Position numbers and translations under genes: made by a program
In this document: positions 1 to 6,660 of the stretch, piece by piece
Numbering within the stretch: the first letter of the stretch is position 1
Layout: every line of letters starts with the position of its first letter
The notes under the pieces: generated by a model
Databases searched by the model: none
Seen by the model: the letters and a program-made list of their open reading frames with translations, nothing else
What the model was told of the DNA's origin: nothing
Assembly (NCBI GenBank): GCA_051294375.1
Contig: JBJCIZ010000964.1
Coordinates: 1-8,570, forward strand
Direction: 5' to 3'
Length of the DNA stretch: 8,570 nt
Origin: Paraspadella gotoi
Taxonomy: Eukaryota > Animalia > Chaetognatha

Positions 1-256
1 TACAGTGACAAAGAAACACGAAGGAAAACAACGCAATTTTCTAATTCAGGTTTTGATTACCGGTTCTTCTCACTGTTTTATCACAGCTATCTATCACAAT
101 TCCTATCACAAGGTTCAGAATGTTCCCCCTCTCATGATTTCCGCCTCATTGGTTCTGACGGACGAAATTCCTTCGAGAGGCTCGAATGTCGGGAACAATT
201 TTTTATGAAGAAGAATGAGAGTCGAGATTTCAAACGAGTGGCGTTCGTCCAAAGCG
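1..256 (+). repeat. Direct repeat, copy 1 (truncated by the window start); partner at 2683..2938
   Basis: tacagtgacaaagaaacacgaaggaaaaca...tttatcacagctatctatcacaattcc...ccttcgagaggctcgaatgtcggga...gtcgagatttcaaacgagtggcgt...aaagcg is colinear with 2683..2938. Roughly 90% identical by eye, with mostly 1-bp indels. Confidence 0.95.
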
Positions 257-544
257 GAGGCCAAGAGAGAGATACTTTATACAATTATGAAATATATATC
301 TTTAAAGTATTTTAATTATACTAATTTTTCCGTAAATATCCAAACAATTAATAATATTACAATAATATTATAATTATTGGCTTAATTTGCTGTAAATAGA
401 CAAACCGACTGACCGACCGAAAAGTGACTTATAGAAGTTTCCCTCGATTACTCGCGACTCAAACCAAAAAAAAAAAAAGATTTTTTGGAGGCCGATAAGG
501 TTGTCGCCCATTCTTATCGAAAAGGCGACGTATTTACAAAGAAG

Positions 545-875
545 TCGACGACGGACGACGACGACGACGACGACGAAAGAAGAAAAGAAGAAAAAGAAGA
601 AAAAGAAGAAGAAGACGGGATAAATCGATCAACAAAGTTTGGAGTACAACACTGTCGACCCTTTGGAGGAGAGGAGGAGGAGGAAGGGAGGGAGGAGGAG
701 GACGGAAGAAGATAAAGAGGACGAGCAAAAAAAGTCGTTCCTGGAACATGAGGAAGGAAAAACACGAGATATGAGGTGATGAATGATGATGATGATGATG
801 ATTGATGAGATGATGAGATCGATGATGAATGTCGATGAAGACAAAAACGACAACGACAACGAGAACAACGACTTA
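545..875 (+). repeat. Compound triplet low-complexity field: (GAC)n, (GAA)n, (GAG)n, (GAT)n, (CAA/GAC)n
   Basis: gacgacgacgac ~547-575, gaagaaaaagaagaa ~575-615, gaggaggag ~667-700, gatgatgatgat ~776-830, caacgacaacgacaac ~845-870. These account for the D/E/S-rich ORFs 485..715 and 514..948. Confidence 0.9.
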
Positions 876-1119
876 GAAAGGACGAACCGGCCCAGGGAAT
901 AAATGGAGTCGTAGAGATTGACGACGACGCCACATTGTGCCAATACACAATTACGTGGAACCTATATCGTAAAATAAAAGTAAAAAAATAATATTAGGGC
1001 GTTATGTGGCAAATAACTAAGAAGATTCTGTAAGTGGGATTGCAATATTTTCACCCCGCCTTCACCTTCAGTCGTGACCCCGTGGCTTCAATTGAGTAAT
1101 ACTATCAGCTTATGAACCA

Positions 1120-1656
1120 TTAGGTACCGGGATCGATCCCCAATTGGTTAACCGAGATCGATCCGCCATTGGTAACCGAGACGATTCCCAATTGATACCG
1201 AGATCGATCCCCAAATTGTACTGATCGATCCCCATTAATACCTGAGAATCGACCCCAATGTACCGAGATCCGATCCCCAATTGTACCGGGATAATCGATC
1301 CCCCAATGGTAGCCAAATCCGATCTTCATTGGTACCGTTGAGATCGATCCCAATTGTATCCGAGATCGATCCCCAATTGTCCCGGATCATCCCATGGTTA
1401 CCGAATCGATCCCATTGGACGGGAATCGATCCCCAATGGTACCAAAAGATCGATCTCATTGGTACCAGAGATCGATCCCCAAATTTGTACCGGGATCGAT
1501 TACCCAATTGTAACTGTGAGATCGATCCCCATTGGTACCGATGATCGGATCCCAATTGTACCGGAATCTGATCCCCAATGGTACCAAAAGATCGATCTTC
1601 AATTGTACCGAGATCGATCCCCAATTGTCCCGGGATCGATCCCCAATGGTACCTAA
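1120..1656. repeat. Minisatellite, ~23 copies of a 22-bp unit (consensus GTACCGAGATCGATCCCCAATT), no spacers
   Basis: Read by eye, units run head-to-tail from ggtaccgggatcgatccccaatt (1123) to the final ggtacc (1648-1653). A clean unit is gtaccgagatcgatccccaatt at 1605-1626. Variation between units is mostly small indels. Confidence 0.95.
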
Positions 1657-1966
1657 CCCTGCGGGGAAAGCGTGAGGACGCCGTAAGCCTCTCGCCTGGT
1701 TCCAATCTAGACACGTTTCAAATTGCTGCTTTGGGGCACCGAAGATAATGATAATAATCCTCTATTAGTTTAACAAAAAAGTTAATGATGAACCATAATG
1801 TAGAACTGAAAGTAAAAAAAAACAAATTGAAAAGGGAAAGAAAAGAAATCGGGAGAGGAAATAAAAAGTGAAGACAAAACGGAAAAAACCAACTTAAAAA
1901 CTAAAACGAAACTGAGTGAGAAGTGAAAGTTAACAATAGAAACAAAATTAATGTGCGAATGTGATG

Positions 1967-2040
1967 ATGACGATGTCAGCGATGATGTAAAGACAGCAAC
2001 GATGGACATAATGTTAACCATGACGATGTCAGCGATGATG
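1967..2040 (+). repeat. Exact 21-bp direct repeat ATGACGATGTCAGCGATGATG (1967..1987 and 2020..2040)
   Basis: Two identical copies with a 53-bp offset, in a GAT/GAC-rich context. Confidence 0.85.
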
Positions 2041-2088
2041 AACAACCACGATTGACGAGTAACGACGACGATGACGACGTAAAAACTA

Positions 2089-2250
2089 ACGTCAACTGAC
2101 GTGAACGCAGTCCCGGTGAAAATTGAATGGAATCGAGTTCACAATCGCGCAAATCGGATCAATGTGACGCGGAGCAGCTGACGCTTCCCTCCATCACTCC
2201 AGCACTTATATAAAGCTCGCTCTCGCTCTTTCTCTCTTTCTCATCTCTTC
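2089..2250 (+). promoter_or_regulatory. Candidate TATA-type Pol II promoter
   Basis: TATATAAAG at 2207-2215. Upstream lie an inverted ACGTCA-ac-TGACGT (2089-2102), TGACG at 2165 and 2179, and E-box CAGCTG (2175-2180). A pyrimidine-rich stretch with an Inr-like TCATCT (2241-2246) follows. Motif match only. Confidence 0.4.
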
Positions 2251-2682
2251 TACAAACGCTTAGTAATTAAAAAGTGACTCGTCTCACAGGAAAAAAAAGT
2301 ATAAGTGATGGAAGTGAAGTGTGAAAAGGTAAGGGCGAAGAACAGAAGGTAAAGTTAAAATCAATAAGGTGAATTTGAATCCGATTGAAGTTTGGCAGCG
2401 TCAATGTGTAAAGACTTTAGCGAGACGTGGAATAATTGTAAGTGTCGTTCACACATGTCACAACGTGAACAAGAAAAAATGGTTTCAAAGTTGTGCGGAG
2501 GGAGCGAGATGTGAATGAAGTCGGCGTCACGGGGTGAATACATTCAACGCTTTGAGAGAATTCCGACTGTGACTTGACGTCTCAATTTTTTTTCAGTTAA
2601 TACGAATGTTGAATGTGAAAATTTAACCAGTTTCCGAAGCAAAAAAATTGTCAAATCGTTTTTCACTTTTTCTTTGTGATTA

Positions 2683-2938
2683 TACAGTGACAAAGAAACA
2701 CGAAGGAAAACAAACGCAATGTTTCTAATTCAGGTTTGATGTACGTTCTCTCACATGTTTTATCACAGCTATCTATCACAATTCCACACAAGGTTCAGAA
2801 TGTTCCCCCCTCATGATTCCCGCCTCATTGGTTCTTGACGGACGAAAATTCCTTCGAGAGGCTCGAATGTCGGGATAATTTTTTATGAAGAGAAATGAGA
2901 GGTCGAGATTTCAAACGAGTGGCGTCGTTCCAAAAGCG
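2683..2938 (+). repeat. Direct repeat, copy 2 of 1..256
   Basis: Starts tacagtgacaaagaaacacg at 2683. Similarity ends at ccaaaagcg (2938), after which the two copies have different flanks. Offset 2682 bp. Confidence 0.95.
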
Positions 2939-3003
2939 AAGCTCGCTGCCGCCGCCAGTGGCCGCCGCAGCCGTACTTACCCGTTTTTGATAAATCGGGT
3001 CTT

Positions 3004-3029
3004 AGAAGAGAGAGAGAGAGAGAAGAGAG

Positions 3030-3087
<58 letters not shown>
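3004..3087 (+). repeat. Imperfect (GA)n microsatellite
   Basis: Direct reading; lies 27 bp before the gap. Confidence 0.97.
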
Positions 3088-3090
<3 letters not shown>

Positions 3091-3114
3091 GTTTGTCAAG
3101 AAACTCATGAACGA

Positions 3115-3139
3115 NNNNNNNNNNNNNNNNNNNNNNNNN
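3115..3139. other. Assembly gap, exactly 25 N
   Basis: 6+10+9 N counted. Confidence 0.99.
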
Positions 3140-3619
3140 TCGAGTTAAAATGAGCGGAAGGCGATCGAGTAACTCCGATGCCAAGAGAAGATGAAAGAAA
3201 AAGTGTAATGAATGAGTTCGTTGGGAGACAAAATGGGCACTAGTTTTCGAAAGCGTCTCATTTCTGTTTTTGTTTATGAGCTTAATTTTAACTGAAATAT
3301 TTAAGACTAATCTTTTATGCTGATTCATAAACATAATCCTTTTCCCAAATACATACGTAATCGTAATCCTTTATTTTCTCACGCTAATACTTTTTCCCTT
3401 ACACTAATTATCAATCCTAACCCCTAACAAAATTTTTAAATTATACCTAAAAAAAAATTAATTCTTAATTAAAGCTAAAATCGGGGGCTTTCGAAAAATA
3501 TTTCCGAAACGTCTAACGAATGGGATCGTTGAAAAAAAAATGTAATGATGTGGAAGGTGAAAAAAAAAGAAGCTAGAAATTTAATGAAACGGGAGAATAT
3601 TCTTTGAAGAAGATTGAAG

Positions 3620-3667
3620 GAAGTGTGGGAGATATGGGAACTGTGAGAAATATGGGAAGTGTGGGAG
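3620..3667 (+). repeat. Short tandem repeat, 18-bp unit x ~2.7
   Basis: gaagtgtgggagatatgg / gaactgtgagaaatatgg / gaagtgtgggag. Confidence 0.85.
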
Positions 3668-3982
3668 CTCACAGATGAGTTTCTTGTTCATTGTTCAGTT
3701 GTCTTTTATAATTATTAATTATGATCGAAATTGAAGAGCGAGGAAACGCTATTAGTTTTTATTATTATCTTCTTTTGATAATTTCATTTTTTCGTTCTTA
3801 ACTACGTTTAATTAAAAACTGCAACAAATATATTATCTGGTGGGCAGTTGGGGGGAGAAGGGGGGAGGTGGAGTGATGGGGTGATGGAGAATCATAAAAA
3901 AATGATCAGTGGATCCGGTGACCCAAAATCATTGGGAGCATGACCTCTACTTTTTATCTTGCTCCTCTTATCTCTTTTCTAT

Positions 3983-4013
<31 letters not shown>

Positions 4014-4029
4014 TTCTCTCTCCTCTCTT

Positions 4030-4081
<52 letters not shown>

Positions 4082-4091
4082 ACTCTCTCTC
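3983..4091 (-). repeat. Imperfect (CT)n microsatellite (GA on the minus strand)
   Basis: Direct reading. Confidence 0.97.
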
Positions 4092-4212
4092 TTTTTTAAT
4101 AACAGCATCATAACCATCAGTTTTCTTTGCTCTGAGTCGAAGGAATAAAAAATAAGGAAATAAAATTGCAAATTTTTCGTCAAATTCGCAGTGAGATTTT
4201 TTTTTTTTTTTT

Positions 4213-4270
<58 letters not shown>

Positions 4271-4296
4271 AGAGAGAGAGAGAAGAGAGAGAGAGA
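4213..4296 (+). repeat. Imperfect (GA)n microsatellite preceded by a poly-T run
   Basis: Direct reading; T run at 4197-4212. Confidence 0.97.
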
Positions 4297-4610
4297 ACCC
4301 GTAGGAATTTTAGTGCCTCCATAATACCGCCATCTGTTGGGCAGAAACACGAAAGTGGAAAGGAAATTCTGATCATTCGCGTTTTATAACAGACAAAAGA
4401 CACTCGAGGGGAGGAATGATTATGACGAGCGGAACATGTTGGCTCAGCTCTGAAGAGTGTGTTTTACTCTTTTATTTTTGGTTAGATCGATTGACTATTT
4501 GATCAATTACAAATTCAGTTGAATTTTTTTTCTTCAAGCTGAATTTTAAAAATAATAAAAATAATAAAAAAACATAAGACAGCGATTAAAAAAAAAAACC
4601 AGTCTGCCGT

Positions 4611-4650
4611 TATAAAAAGCGGTGAGCTGCAGCTCCGCATTTCAACCACA
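4611..4650 (+). promoter_or_regulatory. Candidate TATA box with GC-rich palindromic spacer
   Basis: TATAAAAAG at 4611-4619, palindrome GAGCTGCAGCTC at 4625-4636, Inr-like GCATTT with its A at 4639 (28 bp after the TATA start). Motif match only. Confidence 0.3.
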
Positions 4651-4734
4651 TGGTGTCTTGATTTCGTGACTCTGAGGCCGTAAGAGCGAATTCCGAGATT
4701 GTCTTTGTGATGTCAGTCAGTGATAACTCAGCGA

Positions 4735-4818
4735 TTGACATTTCAATCATTGATATCACTCTTCATCGTTTTATGTTGACATTTCAATCATTGATATCAC
4801 TCTTTCATCGTTTTTATG
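4735..4818 (+). repeat. Tandem duplication, 41 bp + 43 bp
   Basis: ttgacatttcaatcattgatatcactcttcatcgttttatg (4735-4775) is repeated at 4776-4818, differing only by two extra T in homopolymers. Confidence 0.95.
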
Positions 4819-4953
4819 GTTCACTGGGAAAACAAAATAAACTTTTTTAGTTCCTTAGTTTTTTACTTTTTAATGGTGAATGCTATACAATTTCATACCT
4901 GTGAGAGTAATTATGATAGAATTGTACGATCCATTCACAGAACTCTCACTGCG

Positions 4954-4993
4954 TCTCTCTCTCTCTCTCTCCTCTCTCTCCTCTCTTCTCTCT

Positions 4994-5025
<32 letters not shown>

Positions 5026-5040
5026 CTCTCTCTCTCTCCT
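4954..5040 (-). repeat. Imperfect (CT)n microsatellite
   Basis: Direct reading. Confidence 0.97.
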
Positions 5041-5109
5041 CCCCGAACGATCGGTCAAAGATCAAAGATAACAAACGAGAAACTCTCTGTAGGAAAAGCG
5101 GAGACCGCG

Positions 5110-5116
5110 GAGAAAG

Positions 5117-5179
<63 letters not shown>

Positions 5180-5203
5180 AGAGAGAGAGAGTAAGAGAGA
5201 GAG
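5110..5203 (+). repeat. Imperfect (GA)n microsatellite
   Basis: Direct reading. Confidence 0.97.
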
Positions 5204-5294
5204 TGCAATTGCCATAGTGCCATCATACTGCCGTGCCATCAATTGCCATCTTCTCGACGGATCTTCTATCATAGTTAATTCGAAGAGAAGCGAC

Positions 5295-5388
5295 CAGCGC
5301 AGCCGCAGCCGCAGGCACAGCCGCCACCCGCCGCCGCCGCCGCCGCCGCCGCCACCCGCCGCCGCTGCCACCGGCCGCCGCCGCCCCG
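5295..5388 (+). repeat. GC-rich block with (CCG)8 core
   Basis: (ccg)8 at 5328-5351, flanked by gcagccgcagcc and gccgccgcc. Confidence 0.92.
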
Positions 5389-5499
5389 AGTCTTCCAAAG
5401 TTCCACGCAGAAATTTTTTCGTGGAACGAGGAAGCAATTCTGGAGGCGGTCGTAACCAGAAGTGGCGAAGATGAAGGAAAAAAAAGGAGAGAACCGAAG

Positions 5500-5850
5500 T
5501 GACGATGATATTGATGATTATGATGAATATGATGATGATACTGTTGATGACCACGACTATGATCATCATAATGACGACAATGATGAGATGATGATGACCT
5601 AAATGATTGTTTTAATAACGTCATTATGATGATTGTGATGATAATGACAAAGTTGAAGTTTCCGACGATGATGATGATAATTATAATATGGGTGATAATT
5701 ATGATGACGATGATAAAGTTGATGATCGTGATTATGATGATAGTGATAAAAAAAGAACACGTCAATGATTATGTCGAGGATAGTGATTGTGATGATAAAA
5801 CTGATATGACGATGATTATGAAGATGATGACTTAGAGGATAATGAGGATT
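5500..5850 (+). repeat. Degenerate (GAT)n field
   Basis: About 350 bp of gat/gac/aat triplets. Source of the poly-I/H/M/D ORFs, with scattered frame breaks. Confidence 0.92.
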
Positions 5851-6143
5851 TTTGTGACGAAAAAGTGAATATTGACAAGCGGATGACAAAAATATGCAAG
5901 GAAGTTTGGAAAACTTTGTCAAAGAAACCAGATACTTGACACTTGTTGGCGGGAGTTGTCAGAGAGAAAAAAAAGAGAAAAAAAAAACATCAAAATTCGG
6001 CTATTGTTGTCATCGATATTTCTTTGTTGACTGGATCTCGATATCCACGATCTGAACATTACGACGTAACATACAACAACCGATCGACCGGCACCGACAT
6101 ATGACGCCACGCACGACGCACGCAAAATGCTCGAGGATAACCG

Positions 6144-6185
6144 CACGACGACAGCGGTCCGTGTTAGCGCAACAACTGACAATGA
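6144..6185 (-). promoter_or_regulatory. Candidate TATA-less Inr+DPE core promoter (putative TSS 6177, minus strand)
   Basis: Minus-strand TCAGTT (6179-6174) matches the arthropod Inr TCAKTY. CGTCGTG at +28..+34 (6150-6144) matches DPE RGWCGTG at 6/7 with canonical spacing. CpG-rich downstream sequence and a GA tract ~85 bp upstream. Confidence 0.4.
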
Positions 6186-6262
6186 AGCGACCACTACCGC
6201 CGATCGGCGAACCCAAAAAATCTGCTGAATCGTTTGGAGGATGAGAGTGGGATGATAAAATT

Positions 6263-6264
6263 GA

Positions 6265-6312
<48 letters not shown>

Positions 6313-6317
6313 AGAGC

Positions 6318-6351
<34 letters not shown>

Positions 6352-6361
6352 AAGAGAGAGA
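6263..6361 (+). repeat. Imperfect (GA)n microsatellite
   Basis: Direct reading. Confidence 0.97.
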
Positions 6362-6584
6362 TACAAATTCATAACTTCTTCAATTTATTTTGTTTTAAGC
6401 TCTGCGACATACTACTTTTCGTTTTCGAAAAAGACAATTTTGTCAACATTATTAAAGATTAAAACAGACAGAAAGAGCAGACATGACAAACCGATCGACC
6501 AATCGCGAACTAAATTCAGCAGATGTGATGCATGGGTCTAGCGAAGAATCATAAGAAAGCATTTTCGCCACAATATTTCATTTG

Positions 6585-6660
6585 GAGAGAGAGAGAGAGA
6601 GAGAGCAGAGAGAGAGACGGAGAGAGAGGAGTAGAGAGAGAGCACGAGAGCACGAGAGCA
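6585..6660 (+). repeat. Degenerate (GA)n tract ending in (GAGAGCAC)x2.5
   Basis: Direct reading. Confidence 0.9.

Noticed and set aside
485-948. Acidic or Ser-rich ORFs
   Set aside because: Translations of triplet repeats, mostly with non-ATG starts and no recognisable domain.
1120-1656. CRISPR array
   Set aside because: The palindromic ~22-bp units are head-to-tail with no unique spacers. There is no cas gene, and the context looks eukaryotic.
1661-1712. tRNA-derived SINE or tRNA (GGTTCCAATC resembles a Pol III B box)
   Set aside because: Mismatch in the B-box core, no convincing A box, and no cloverleaf.
1110-1714. Repeat-protein ORFs (1110..1316, 1120..1353, 1235..1714, 1281..1544, 1354..1656)
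   Set aside because: They overlap on both strands, the 22-bp period is not a multiple of 3, and indels do not preserve frame. They are open only because the monomer lacks stop codons.
1-2938. LTR retrotransposon with 1..256 and 2683..2938 as LTRs
   Set aside because: No clear CA terminus, no recognisable primer-binding site after copy 1, and no gag/pol remnants inside. The 5' boundary lies outside the window.
3416-3428. Telomere-like CCTAACCCCTAAC (also CCTAACCCT at 1652-1660)
   Set aside because: Two imperfect units at most; not distinguishable from chance.
3097-3686. 12-bp inverted match CAAGAAACTCAT (3097-3108) / ATGAGTTTCTTG (3675-3686) across the gap
   Set aside because: It does not extend, and a few 12-mer matches are expected by chance in 8.5 kb.
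4946-5922. Long poly-I/H/M/G/P ORFs (4946..5569, 5217..5474, 5223..5765, 5599..5922, 5626..5835)
   Set aside because: Products of the GAT and CCG fields, overlapping in several frames with no domain I recognise. A frameshifted low-complexity exon cannot be fully excluded.
6078-6500. Direct 12-mer AACCGATCGACC at 6078 and 6489
   Set aside because: Short, does not extend, and GATCG words are common throughout this window.
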